A stretch of 32,453 nucleotides of DNA from an uncultured bacterium. GTDB lineage: Bacteria; Sysuimicrobiota; Sysuimicrobiia; Sysuimicrobiales; Humicultoraceae. The position numbers and the translations under genes are program-made. Positions within the stretch are counted from its first letter, which is position 1. Every line of letters starts with the position of its first letter. Positions 8,117 to 16,920 of this stretch are shown piece by piece. The stretch spans positions 124 through 32,576 of the forward strand of contig CAYLKW010000003.1 in NCBI GenBank assembly GCA_964384245.1, written 5' to 3'. Below the pieces are notes generated by a model. The model searched no databases, was not told where the DNA came from, and saw nothing but the letters and a program-made list of their open reading frames with translations.

Positions 8117-9076
8117 GTGCGGCGCCTGGTACGCTACGCCGGGTTGGTCTGCACCGTTGCCCTGTTGAACTTCCTCGTGCCGCGGCTGCTTCCGGGGAGC
8201 CCGGCAGCAGGCGGGGGCGGCGACGAGGCCGCGGTCCTGCCGTCTGCCGCCTACCAGGCGCTGGTTGCCACCTATCACCTCGACCTTCCACTGCAGGCCC
8301 AACTCGCCAGGTACCTGGCCGGGCTGCCCAGGGGAGACCTGGGATGGTCGTTGACGTCGCACCGCCCGGTTGCCCGCATAGTGGTGGAGCGGCTGCCATG
8401 GACGCTCTTTCTGGTAGGGGGCGCCGTCGTGCTGGCCGCCGCGCTCGGCGGCTTGCTGGGGTGGGCAGCCGCCTGGCATGGGCGCCGAAGGTCCGTCCGT
8501 TTTCTGACCGCGGCGACCGTAGGCGTGGGCGCCCTGCCCGAGTTCCTGATCGCGATGGCCCTGATAGTGGTGTTCTCCTCTCGCCTGCAGCTCTTCCCGG
8601 CCGGGGGTGCCACCACGCCGTTTGCCGGCAACCAGGGCCTGTTGCGAACCCTGCTCGATGTAACGTGGCACGCGGCCCTCCCAGGGCTAACGCTCGTCCT
8701 GGGTTTCACCCCGGCCTTTGCCCTGCTGATGCGCAACGCGCTGGTGCCCGTGCTGGGTGAGCGGTATCTGGTGACGGCACGTGCCAAGGGGCTTACCCCT
8801 GGGCGGGTGGTCTGGCACGCGCTGCGCAACGCGCTGCCGCCTGTGGCCACGCTCCTGGGGCTACGGTTGGGAACGGCTGTCGCTGGCGCGGCCGTGGTAG
8901 AGCGTATCTTTGCCTACCCCGGGATGGGCTGGCTTCTGTACGAGGCGGTCAGCACGCGCGACTACCCACTTATGCAGGGCGTGTTCCTCGTCGCCAGCCT
9001 GGCGGTGCTCACGGTCAATCTAATCCTGGATCTCATTGCGGCCCGGCTCGACCCGCGGGTGGAGGGCCAGGCGTGA
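8117..9076 (+). CDS. ABC transporter permease (NikB/DppB/OppB type)
   Basis: 319 aa, multi-TM, with the EAA-type loop region (YLVTARAKGLTPGRVVWHALRNALPPV) typical of BPD inner-membrane components. Confidence 0.85.
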   Translation: MRRLVRYAGLVCTVALLNFLVPRLLPGSPAAGGGGDEAAVLPSAAYQALVATYHLDLPLQAQLARYLAGLPRGDLGWSLTSHRPVARIVVERLPWTLFLVGGAVVLAAALGGLLGWAAAWHGRRRSVRFLTAATVGVGALPEFLIAMALIVVFSSRLQLFPAGGATTPFAGNQGLLRTLLDVTWHAALPGLTLVLGFTPAFALLMRNALVPVLGERYLVTARAKGLTPGRVVWHALRNALPPVATLLGLRLGTAVAGAAVVERIFAYPGMGWLLYEAVSTRDYPLMQGVFLVASLAVLTVNLILDLIAARLDPRVEGQA

Positions 9077-9924
9077 ACGCATCCGGCCACCCGCGGCGCC
9101 GGCGCAATGGACGCGGTACAGCCGCCGCCGGAACCGGGGTGCTGGTCGTCCTGATCCTCCTGGCGCTGGCCGCGCCCCTGCTGTCACCTGAGGAACCCGG
9201 CCGGATCGCGGGCGATCCTGCAGCACGCCCTGGCGCGCGCTTCTGGCTGGGCACCAACGCGTTGGGGCAGGACTTGTTCAGCCACCTGCTCTATGGCGCC
9301 AGGACTTCTCTCCTGGTCGGGTTTCTTGCCGCCTGCCTGTCCACGGGCCTGTCAGCCGCGGTAGGCATCTCCGCGGGGATGTGGCGGCAGGGCCAGGGCA
9401 TGCTCATGGCGCTGGTGGATCTCTTCCTGGCCCTGCCCCAAGTGCCGCTTATCGTGCTGCTGGTCGTCTTCTGGGGCCCGGGCTTCTGGCCACTGGTGGG
9501 TACGCTTGCCCTGATCGGATGGGCGGCGTTTGCGCGCGTCGTGCGCGCGCAGGTCTCGGTGACGTTACGGAAGGAGTACGTTGAAGCGGCCCGGGCACTT
9601 GGGGCCACGGAAGGACGCGTGCTCCGGGCAATCGTCCTCACGGAGGTAGCCCCGATCCTGTTCACGAAGTTCCTGCTGACGGTGCGATGGGCGGTCCTCA
9701 TGGAGGCCACGCTGGGGCTGCTCGGACTGGCCGATCCCGGGCGCGTGAGCTGGGGGCTCGTGCTCCATCAGGCCTTCGGGTACCCGCTGCTCTTCCTTAC
9801 GGACGCCTGGATCTGGTGGGTAGTTCCCCCGGCGATGGGGATCGTCTTGGTGACCGTTGCGTTGATGGCCGTCGGGCAGGACGTTGACCTGTGGCTCAAC
9901 CCGGCCACGCGTCCTACGGCATAG
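9073..9924 (+). CDS. ABC transporter permease (NikC/DppC/OppC type)
   Basis: 283 aa, multi-TM, motif EYVEAARALGATEGRVLRAIVLTEV. GTGA overlap with the preceding permease. Confidence 0.85.
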   Translation: MNASGHPRRRRNGRGTAAAGTGVLVVLILLALAAPLLSPEEPGRIAGDPAARPGARFWLGTNALGQDLFSHLLYGARTSLLVGFLAACLSTGLSAAVGISAGMWRQGQGMLMALVDLFLALPQVPLIVLLVVFWGPGFWPLVGTLALIGWAAFARVVRAQVSVTLRKEYVEAARALGATEGRVLRAIVLTEVAPILFTKFLLTVRWAVLMEATLGLLGLADPGRVSWGLVLHQAFGYPLLFLTDAWIWWVVPPAMGIVLVTVALMAVGQDVDLWLNPATRPTA

Positions 9925-10016
9925 ACCCTAGGGATGTCGTAGGCAGGGCATCGTGCACGCCACCGATGGGCACACTGCAGTCCCCATCCTATGATGGTGG
10001 AGGAGGGATGTGCTGG

Positions 10017-10796
10017 ATGTCAGGCGGCTCGTTGCAGGTCAGGCCTCCTGGTCCTGCCGTGGCGGCACCGGGAGGCGTTCTGGACGGCATGCTGCTCTTC
10101 GCCCGGTTCGCCTTCATGCCGAACCATCTGGGCTACTGCGGTGACGATTTCAACGCCACCCTGCTGGCCTACCTGAGGGAAGGCGCCTCCGACCAGGGGC
10201 TGCGTCGCCACCTCCACGCGTTTTCCGGCGCCCTGCCCTACCTCCAGGTGATCGCTGAATCCAACGGGATAGCCGACCCGTTCGACGCGCGGGTAGTGGA
10301 GGCGTACTGGATCGGCAACGACCTGCTGGAGGCGGTGGACTGGGCGTTCCACGCTAGGTGTCTTCACGAGCGGTTCAAGGGCCGCGTGCGCCCGGCCACC
10401 ATGGAACTGCTCGTGGGCAAGCCCCGCGCCGGCGCGCGGGCCCACCACGCCTTCCACGTGTTCGACGTTTCGTTCCGCACCGGGCTGCCCCAGGGCGATG
10501 CAGCGCTCGATCTCTGCCGCATCGGGTGGGGGACCGTTAGCGCCGTTGAGCCCGGCGCCTTCACGGTGACGCACCAGCCGATCGTTGTGCGCCAGGGACG
10601 GTTGTCCTTCGGCGAGCCCCAGCCGGAGCGTGTGCTCCGCGCGATGGGCAAGGATCAGTTCCTGGATGAGGTCTCGGTGGGCGACGTGATCGCCTTTCAC
10701 TGGCGCTGGGCATGCCTAGCGCTTGCCCCTGCGCAGGTGGCGAGTCTGGAGCGGTACACCCGGGGCATGCTGGTCCTGGCCAACCAGACCTTCTGA
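10017..10796 (+). CDS. Uncharacterised conserved-looking protein between the permeases and hypA
   Basis: Long ORF with GC3-rich codon usage on the operon strand. GGAGGAGGG at 9999-10007; ATG at 10008 or 10017. No Walker motif, so it is not the missing ABC ATPase. Contains FAFMPNHLGYCGDD and a His-rich patch (RAHHAFHVFD). The C-terminal half looks HypC-like (LCRIGWGTV...VGDVIAFHWRWACLALAPAQV). Confidence 0.6.
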   Translation: MSGGSLQVRPPGPAVAAPGGVLDGMLLFARFAFMPNHLGYCGDDFNATLLAYLREGASDQGLRRHLHAFSGALPYLQVIAESNGIADPFDARVVEAYWIGNDLLEAVDWAFHARCLHERFKGRVRPATMELLVGKPRAGARAHHAFHVFDVSFRTGLPQGDAALDLCRIGWGTVSAVEPGAFTVTHQPIVVRQGRLSFGEPQPERVLRAMGKDQFLDEVSVGDVIAFHWRWACLALAPAQVASLERYTRGMLVLANQTF

Positions 10797-10807
10797 GGCG
10801 GAGGCGG

Positions 10808-11047
10808 ATGCACGAGGTGGCGATAGCACAAGCCCTGCTGACGGAGGTTTCGGCCGCGGCTTCGCGGCACGGGCTGAAGAGCGTCTCGGCGGTGGGCGTC
10901 TGCGTGGGTCACCACAGCGGCGTTGCGGCCGAGGCCCTGATGCAGGCCTTCGAGATCCTGCGCGAGGGTTGCGCGGGCGGCGCGGTGCTAGAGCTGAAGA
11001 CCGTCGAAGGCGCCGATCTCCGCATGGAGTGGCTGGAGGGAGAATGA
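10808..11047 (+). CDS. hypA: HypA-like hydrogenase nickel-insertion protein lacking the zinc-finger module
   Basis: Starts with the invariant MHE (MHEVAIAQALL). The 79-aa sequence aligns by eye with the HypA N-terminal alpha/beta domain and the terminal strand (ADLRMEWLEGE). No CxxC...CxxC is present. ATGA overlap with the hypB start argues for an intact gene. Confidence 0.75.
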   Translation: MHEVAIAQALLTEVSAAASRHGLKSVSAVGVCVGHHSGVAAEALMQAFEILREGCAGGAVLELKTVEGADLRMEWLEGE

Positions 11048-11778
11048 CGGTGCGCGTAGAGGTAGTGGAGCGAATCCTGCGTGCCAACGACGCGCTGGCC
11101 GGCGAGGTACGCGCCCTGCTCGATGGGGCCGGTATCACGGCCATCAACCTGATTGGTTCCCCGGGCAGTGGGAAGACCTCTCTCCTGGAACGGACCGCGG
11201 CCCTGCTCCACCCACGGCTCCGGCTTGGGGTCGTTGAGGGTGACATCGCCACGACCCGCGACGCCGAGCGCGTTGCCCGCTGCGGCATTCCAGCTGTGCA
11301 GATAGAGACCCGCCTGGTAGGCAACGCCTGCCACCTGGACGCGGGCATGGTGCGGGCCGCGCTCGGTCACATGCCGCTGGCAGACGTGCAAGTCCTGTTC
11401 ATAGAGAACGTTGGGAACCTGGTCTGTCCCGCGGCGTACGATGTTGGCGAGCACCTGCGCGTCGTGGTTGCCAGCGTGTCCGAGGGCGACGACAAGGCGT
11501 ACAAGTACCCGTCCACGTTCGCCAGGGCGGACGCGGTGGTCCTTAACAAGGTGGACCTCGTGCCGGTCACCGAGTTCTCGCTCGAGGCCTTCACGGCCGG
11601 CCTGCGCGAGGTCACCTCGGCGCCGCTCTTCCCGATCTCGGCGCGCACGGGAGAGGGTCTGGCAGGATGGATTGCGTGGATCGAGGCGCGGCACGCAGGT
11701 CAGGCAGGCGATGCGGCTCGCTCCGCGGCCGCCACCGGTCAGGGTCCGACGGCGGCGGACGGTACGCGGACGGGCTAG
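11044..11778 (+). CDS. hypB: Hydrogenase nickel-incorporation GTPase HypB
   Basis: P-loop GSPGSGKTSLLE, metal-site motifs GNACHLDA and ENVGNLVCPAAYDVGE, NKVDL. Start is ATG 11044; the track start 10723 is an out-of-context extension. No N-terminal CxxCGC or His-stretch. Confidence 0.9.
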   Translation: MTVRVEVVERILRANDALAGEVRALLDGAGITAINLIGSPGSGKTSLLERTAALLHPRLRLGVVEGDIATTRDAERVARCGIPAVQIETRLVGNACHLDAGMVRAALGHMPLADVQVLFIENVGNLVCPAAYDVGEHLRVVVASVSEGDDKAYKYPSTFARADAVVLNKVDLVPVTEFSLEAFTAGLREVTSAPLFPISARTGEGLAGWIAWIEARHAGQAGDAARSAAATGQGPTAADGTRTG

Positions 11779-11792
11779 TCACGGGAGGCGAC

Positions 11793-12269
11793 ATGGAGCC
11801 ATATTCTCTGGCCGAAGCACTGCGCTCCACGCTGCTGTTTGGAGGGCTGGAGCCACGGCTGATCGAAAAGCTGGCCGCGATTGCATCGGAGGTCGCATGG
11901 GCCGATGGCCAGGTCGTATTCCGCGAGGGCGAGGCGGATGACAAGCTGTACCTGGTGATTGAGGGGCTCGTGGCCCTGGACATGTACATTCCCAACCGCG
12001 GTCGCGCCACCATTTTGACCGTCGGCCCGCACGAGATCTTCGGGTGGTCGGCGGCCGTGCCGGTTGTCGGGAAGAAGACCGCCAGCGCGCGTGCGCTGCA
12101 GACAACGCGGGCCATCGCAATAGACGCAAACGCACTGTGCGAGGCCTGCGAGGAGGATCACGACCTCGGCTACTACTTCTATCGTGCCCTGGCGAACGTC
12201 ATCGCCAGCCGCCTGACCGCGACACGCCTGCAGCTCCTGGACGTGTACGCGGTGGGCAAGGGAGAGTGA
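11793..12269 (+). CDS. Stand-alone cyclic-nucleotide-binding (CAP effector-like) domain protein
   Basis: 158 aa. LFGGLEP...VVFREGEADDKLYLVIEG...GPHEIFGWSA...ASARAL pattern of a cNMP-binding beta-barrel plus C-helix, with no HTH or other output domain. GGGAGG at 11784-11789 precedes ATG 11793. Confidence 0.8.
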   Translation: MEPYSLAEALRSTLLFGGLEPRLIEKLAAIASEVAWADGQVVFREGEADDKLYLVIEGLVALDMYIPNRGRATILTVGPHEIFGWSAAVPVVGKKTASARALQTTRAIAIDANALCEACEEDHDLGYYFYRALANVIASRLTATRLQLLDVYAVGKGE

Positions 12270-12279
12270 GGGACGGTTG

Positions 12280-13404
12280 ATGGCTGAGCAGATTCCCCTA
12301 CTTGGCGGGCAGGTGGTCATCTCCAAGCCCGCCCTGCAACAGGTCTTCGATGCGTTGAGCGCGGCCGGCTACAGTCTGATCGGCCCGACCGTGCGCGAGG
12401 ACGCCATCGTGTACGACGAAATCGCGCGCCTGACCGATCTCCCCGTCGGGTGGGCCGATGAGCAGGCGCCAGGTGCCTATCGCCTTCATCGCCGGGACGA
12501 TGAGGCGCACTTCGGGTTCGTTGTCGGCCCCCATTCGTGGAAGAGGTATCTGTACCCACCGTCGCTGAGGCTCTTTTCCACGCGCCGGAGGGAGGACGGG
12601 TTCAGCGTCGAGACGAGCAACGATCCCCCACCCAAGTATGCCTTCATCGGCGTGAGAGGGTGCGAACTGGTGGCCATCGCCGTGCAGGACCGGGTGTTCC
12701 TCGAGGGTCCGGTCGCGGAGCCGCACTACAAGGCCCGACGCGAGCGCGCCTTCGTCCTGGCCGTGAACTGCACCGAGCCCGGCGGCACCTGCTTCTGCGC
12801 CTCCATGAGGACCGGTCCCCGGTGTTCCTCCGGCTTCGATCTGGTCCTCACCGAGCTGGACGACGTATTCCTGCTCGAGGTCGGCTCGGCGCTCGGCGCG
12901 CAGATGCTGTCCGGGGTCGAGTGGCGGCCAGCCGGCGCCTTCGAGCTGAGTCGCGCCCGGCAAGCGATGGCCGAGGCCTTGACGCGCATGGGCCGGGGAC
13001 TCAACACCCACAATCTGCCCGAGCTGCTGTACGACAACCTGGAACATCCCCACTGGGCAAACGTGGCGGAGCGCTGCCTCTCCTGTGCCAACTGCACCAT
13101 GGTATGTCCCACCTGCTTCTGCTCTGACGTGGCCGAAGTAAGCGATCTCGTCGGCGAGACTGCCGGCCGGGTGCGCGTGTGGGACTCCTGCTTCAATCGC
13201 GAGTTCTCGTACGTGTTCGGGGGACACCTGCGGCCCAACACCCGCGCCCGGTACCGCCAGTGGCTGACGCACAAGTTGGCGTCGTGGACGGACCAGTACG
13301 GCGTCTCGGGGTGCGTGGGGTGCGGTCGGTGCATCACGTGGTGCCCGGTGGGCATTGACCTGACCAAGGAACTCGAGGCGATCAGAGGGGAGAGCCAGTC
13401 ATGA
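12280..13404 (+). CDS. hyhB: Group-3b-type hydrogenase beta subunit (AsrA/HydB-like 4Fe-4S protein)
   Basis: Two ferredoxin-type motifs, [16 protein letters not shown] and [12 protein letters not shown], plus GGTCFCASM. Position and size match the HydB/AsrA-like subunit of hydBGDA-type loci. ATG 12280 is preferred over TTG 12277. Confidence 0.8.
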   Translation: MAEQIPLLGGQVVISKPALQQVFDALSAAGYSLIGPTVREDAIVYDEIARLTDLPVGWADEQAPGAYRLHRRDDEAHFGFVVGPHSWKRYLYPPSLRLFSTRRREDGFSVETSNDPPPKYAFIGVRGCELVAIAVQDRVFLEGPVAEPHYKARRERAFVLAVNCTEPGGTCFCASMRTGPRCSSGFDLVLTELDDVFLLEVGSALGAQMLSGVEWRPAGAFELSRARQAMAEALTRMGRGLNTHNLPELLYDNLEHPHWANVAERCLSCANCTMVCPTCFCSDVAEVSDLVGETAGRVRVWDSCFNREFSYVFGGHLRPNTRARYRQWLTHKLASWTDQYGVSGCVGCGRCITWCPVGIDLTKELEAIRGESQS

Positions 13405-14243
13405 CACCTGCCACCGGCCATCCCATGGTGCCCCAGCCAGCGGCGATTACCCATGTCCAGTCGGAGGCGCCGGGCGTCAACACGTACACGCTGGAGTTCA
13501 GGGACCCGGCTGCGCGCGACGCGTACCGCTTCCGTCCCGGTCAGTTCAACATGCTCTACCTGCCAGGCATTGGGGAGTCGGCCATCTCCGTCAGTTCGGA
13601 TCCGGCCGAGCCCGCGGCCCTGCGGCATACGATCCGCATCGCCGGCAACGTCACCCAGGCCATCTCTCGGATGGAAGCCGGCGGCGTGATCGGCGTACGC
13701 GGTCCCTACGGCAGCTCATGGCCCGTAGACCGGGCCGTGGGCAACGATCTGATCATCGTGGCTGGAGGCATCGGCCTGGCCCCGCTGCGCCCGGCGATCT
13801 ACCACGTCCTCAGGCACAGGGCCGACTACGGCAAGGTCACAATCCTAAACGGCGCGCGCGTGCCGGCCGACCTGCTCTACCCGCAGGAGTACGACACCTG
13901 GCGCAGCCACGACATCGAGGTTGCGGTCACGGTGGACCGCGCCGACGAGACCTGGAAGGGCCGCGTGGGCGTGGTCCCCATCCTGTTCTACGCGCTGCGG
14001 CCCGATCCCAAGCGCACGACCGTTCTGGCATGCGGCCCGGAAATCATGATGCACTTCGTGGTCTACGAGGCGCTGGCGCGCCGCATCCCCAAGGAGCGGA
14101 TCTTCCTGTCGCTGGAGCGCAACATGAAGTGCGCCGTTGCCTTCTGCGGACGCTGCCAGTACGGCCCAACCTTCCTGTGCAAGGACGGGCCGGTCATGAG
14201 CTACGATCGAATCGAGCCGTTCTTCACCGTGGAGGAGTTCTGA
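13401..14243 (+). CDS. hyhG: Group-3b-type hydrogenase gamma subunit (FAD/NAD(P)-binding, 2Fe-2S; AsrB/HydG-like)
   Basis: Ferredoxin-NADP reductase-like fold motifs ([21 protein letters not shown]) and a C-terminal Cys cluster ([12 protein letters not shown]). ATGA overlap with the upstream gene. Confidence 0.85.
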   Translation: MTPATGHPMVPQPAAITHVQSEAPGVNTYTLEFRDPAARDAYRFRPGQFNMLYLPGIGESAISVSSDPAEPAALRHTIRIAGNVTQAISRMEAGGVIGVRGPYGSSWPVDRAVGNDLIIVAGGIGLAPLRPAIYHVLRHRADYGKVTILNGARVPADLLYPQEYDTWRSHDIEVAVTVDRADETWKGRVGVVPILFYALRPDPKRTTVLACGPEIMMHFVVYEALARRIPKERIFLSLERNMKCAVAFCGRCQYGPTFLCKDGPVMSYDRIEPFFTVEEF

Positions 14244-15043
14244 TGGCCACCCAAAAGAAGCGCAAGCCCAGCCTGGCGGTGTTCAAGTTCGCATCGTGCG
14301 ATGGCTGCCAGCTTTCGCTGCTGGACTGTGAGGATGCGGTGCTCGCCGTGGCGGAGGCGGTGGAGATCGCCTACTTCGTCGAGGCCCGCAGCAGGGCGCT
14401 TGCGGGGCCCTACGATGTGACCCTGGTCGAGGGCTCGGTCACGACCCCCGAGGAGGTGGAGCGCATCTGGGAAGTTCGCCGCCAGTCCCGGTTGCTGGTG
14501 ACCATCGGCGCGTGCGCCACCGCTGGGGGCATTCAGGCCCTGCGTAACTGGGCCGACGTGGAGGAGTTCACCCGGACCGTCTATGCCAGCCCGGAATACA
14601 TCCACACGATGGACCTCTCCCATCCCATCAAGGATTTCGTGCCCGTGGACTTCGAGCTGCGGGGCTGCCCTGTGAACAAGCAGCAACTCCTGGACCTGGT
14701 CACGTCGCTGCTGATCGGGCGCAAGCCGTCGGTCCCGGAACACTCGGTGTGCAACGAGTGCAAGCGGCACGGGACGGTCTGCGTGATGGTAGCGCAGGGG
14801 ACCCCGTGTTTGGGTCCGGCCACGCAGGCCGGATGCGGGGCGATCTGCCCGGCCTACAACCGGGGATGCTACGGCTGCTTCGGCCCGATGGAGCTGCCCA
14901 ATCCGGCCGCGCTGGGCGCCCGCTTCATGGCGCTGGGACAGACCGCTCGCGATGTCAGTCGCGCCTTCCGAAGCTTCAACGGTTACTCGCCGGCCTTCCG
15001 GGCAGCCAGTGAGCAGTTCGAAAAGGACGCCATCCCAAGGTAG
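14243..15043 (+). CDS. hyhS: [NiFe]-hydrogenase small (delta) subunit, cytoplasmic group 3 type
   Basis: [20 protein letters not shown] and GCPV proximal-cluster motifs, Cys-rich C-terminus ([12 protein letters not shown]...[18 protein letters not shown]), no Tat signal. Start ATG 14243 shares one base with the upstream TGA. Confidence 0.9.
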   Translation: MATQKKRKPSLAVFKFASCDGCQLSLLDCEDAVLAVAEAVEIAYFVEARSRALAGPYDVTLVEGSVTTPEEVERIWEVRRQSRLLVTIGACATAGGIQALRNWADVEEFTRTVYASPEYIHTMDLSHPIKDFVPVDFELRGCPVNKQQLLDLVTSLLIGRKPSVPEHSVCNECKRHGTVCVMVAQGTPCLGPATQAGCGAICPAYNRGCYGCFGPMELPNPAALGARFMALGQTARDVSRAFRSFNGYSPAFRAASEQFEKDAIPR

Positions 15044-15059
15044 TCGGGGGAGAGAGGCA

Positions 15060-16364
15060 ATGGCCGAGAGACGCATCAACGTAGACTACCTGGCCCGCGT
15101 CGAGGGTGAGGGCGCGCTGCGGGTGAAGATCAAGGACGACCGCGTCACCGACGTGCAGCTCAACATCTTCGAGCCGCCGCGATTCTTCGAGGCGTTCCTG
15201 CGGGGCCGCAATCCCCAGGAGACCGTGGACATCGTAGCCCGGATCTGCGGCATCTGCCCCGTGGCCTATCAGATGAGCGCCGCCCACGCGCTGGAGAAGG
15301 CCCTGGGCGTGACCCCTCCGCCTGGCGTGCGTGCGCTGCGCCGGCTGCTCTACTGCGGCGAGTACATCGAGAGCCACGTGCTGCACATCTTCATGCTGCA
15401 CGCGCCGGACTTCATCGGGCACGAGTCGGCCATAAGCATGGCCGGCGATCCGGCCCTCCGGCCGCTGGTCGAGCAGGCGCTGCGCATGAAGAAGATCGGC
15501 AACCACCTGGTCACGGTCATCGGCGGGCGCGAGATCCACCCGATTTCGGCGTGCGTGGGCGGATTCTACCGCGCGCCGCGCCGGTCGGAGCTGACCGCCC
15601 TGGTTCCGGATCTCGAATGGGCCCTCGAACGCGCGGTGGAGGCCGTGCGCTGGGCGGCAACGCTGGACTACCCCGACTTCACCGCCGACTACGAGTTCGT
15701 CTCCCTGTCGCATCCGGACGAGTACCCCTACAACGAGGGGCGCGTTGTTTCTTCCAGAGGGCTCGACATCCCGATAGAGGAGTACGAGCGGCACTTCCTG
15801 GAGGAGCACGTTGAGCACTCCAACGCGCTTCACTCGCGGCGCGAGGGCAGCAAGACAAGCTACATGGTGGGACCGCTGGCCAGGGTGAACCTGAACTTCG
15901 ACCGGCTCTCGCCGAGGGCGCAGGCGGCGGCGGGTGACATCGCGCTGACCCTGCCCGTGCGCAACCCGTTCATGAGCCTGCTCGCGCGCGGGTTGGAGCT
16001 GGTGCACGCCTATGAGGAGGCGCTCCAGTTGATAGCCTCCTATGTGGAACCCGTTCCGTCCAGATCGCCCATTCCCACGCCTCCGCAGGCCGGGGAAGGA
16101 GCCCACGCCACCGAGGCGCCGCGCGGCCTGCTCTTCCATCGGTACGCCGTGGACGCCCAGGGCCTGATCGCCGCCGCCAGGATTGTCCCGCCCACCTCGC
16201 AGAACCTCAAGCGGATGGAGGACGACCTATGGCAGTACGTGCCCGGGGTGCTGGGGCTGCCGATCGAGGAGGCCACGCTGCGCTGCGAGCAGCTTGTGCG
16301 CAGCTACGACCCGTGCATTTCGTGCGCCACGCACTTCTTGAAGCTCGACCTTGAGCGGGAGTGA
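15060..16364 (+). CDS. hyhL: [NiFe]-hydrogenase large (alpha) subunit, group 3b type
   Basis: N-terminal [10 protein letters not shown] and C-terminal DPCISCATH Ni-Fe ligand motifs, 434 aa, with a 9-residue tail after the His (FLKLDLERE). Four-subunit beta-gamma-delta-alpha architecture as in the Pyrococcus sulfhydrogenase / Mycobacterium Hyh class. Confidence 0.95.
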   Translation: MAERRINVDYLARVEGEGALRVKIKDDRVTDVQLNIFEPPRFFEAFLRGRNPQETVDIVARICGICPVAYQMSAAHALEKALGVTPPPGVRALRRLLYCGEYIESHVLHIFMLHAPDFIGHESAISMAGDPALRPLVEQALRMKKIGNHLVTVIGGREIHPISACVGGFYRAPRRSELTALVPDLEWALERAVEAVRWAATLDYPDFTADYEFVSLSHPDEYPYNEGRVVSSRGLDIPIEEYERHFLEEHVEHSNALHSRREGSKTSYMVGPLARVNLNFDRLSPRAQAAAGDIALTLPVRNPFMSLLARGLELVHAYEEALQLIASYVEPVPSRSPIPTPPQAGEGAHATEAPRGLLFHRYAVDAQGLIAAARIVPPTSQNLKRMEDDLWQYVPGVLGLPIEEATLRCEQLVRSYDPCISCATHFLKLDLERE

Positions 16365-16860
16365 GGAGAGTCTACCAGGGGCCGGCCCGCCAGCCACGCT
16401 GATCATCGGCATCGGCAACGCGTCGCGGGGCGACGACGCGGCCGGGCTGATTGCTGCCCGCCGGATCAGGGACGCGCTTCTTGCCCGGGCGGACCTTCCC
16501 GATTCAGGGCGGGTTGCCGTGATCGAGCAGAATGGCGAGGGCACGGCCCTTTTGGCGCTCTGGGAGGGCGCGCGGACCGTCATCCTGATTGACGCAGTCC
16601 TCTCCGGCGCGGCTCCCGGCAGCATACACCGCCTCGATGCCCGCAGCCAGCCGTTCCCGGCCGGGTTCCGCGGCTGCTCAACCCACGCGTTTGGAGTGGC
16701 TGAGGCGATCGCGCTGGCCAGGGCGCTGGACCGGCTGCCGCCGCGGCTGGTCGTCTACGGGATCGAAGGCCGGTCGTTCGCGGCGGGGGCCGCACCCTCG
16801 GGGGCGGTCGAGGCCGCGGCATGGGCGGTAGTAGAGCGCGTGCTAGACGACGCCAAGTAG
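16351..16860 (+). CDS. Hydrogenase maturation endopeptidase (HycI/HoxW/HybD family)
   Basis: [17 protein letters not shown]-terminal motif and a downstream STHAFG metal-ligand His. The only in-frame start is TTG 16351, overlapping the large-subunit 3' end by 14 nt. Confidence 0.85.
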   Translation: MSGSEESLPGAGPPATLIIGIGNASRGDDAAGLIAARRIRDALLARADLPDSGRVAVIEQNGEGTALLALWEGARTVILIDAVLSGAAPGSIHRLDARSQPFPAGFRGCSTHAFGVAEAIALARALDRLPPRLVVYGIEGRSFAAGAAPSGAVEAAAWAVVERVLDDAK

Positions 16861-16920
16861 CGCAGAAATACTGTTACCGTCCGATGGCCTGCTCTGCCCG
16901 GAAGGGCTATTCTGGCATCG

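Noticed and set aside
10712-10807. Upstream in-frame extension of hypA containing CPC and His residues (MPSACPCAGG...HPGH), which could have replaced the missing metal site
   Set aside because: It would overlap the 3' end of the preceding gene by 85 nt. HypA function also requires the Met1-His2 N-terminus, which the ATG at 10808 (MHE, with GGAGG upstream) provides.
13718-14242. Long 5' extensions of track ORFs for the small subunit (13718), hypB (10723), deoC (21004), radC (24622), the dehydrogenase (2427), acuB (17489), mrdA (27999) and hyhL (14952)
   Set aside because: The extensions run through the neighbouring upstream gene in another frame and translate to Arg/Pro-rich junk. Internal starts with an SD or ATGA-type coupling give N-termini matching the families.
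15060-16364. Selenocysteine or recoding in the hydrogenase large subunit
   Set aside because: The C-terminal ligand motif is DPCISCATH with ordinary Cys codons and no in-frame TGA, so this is not a [NiFeSe] enzyme.
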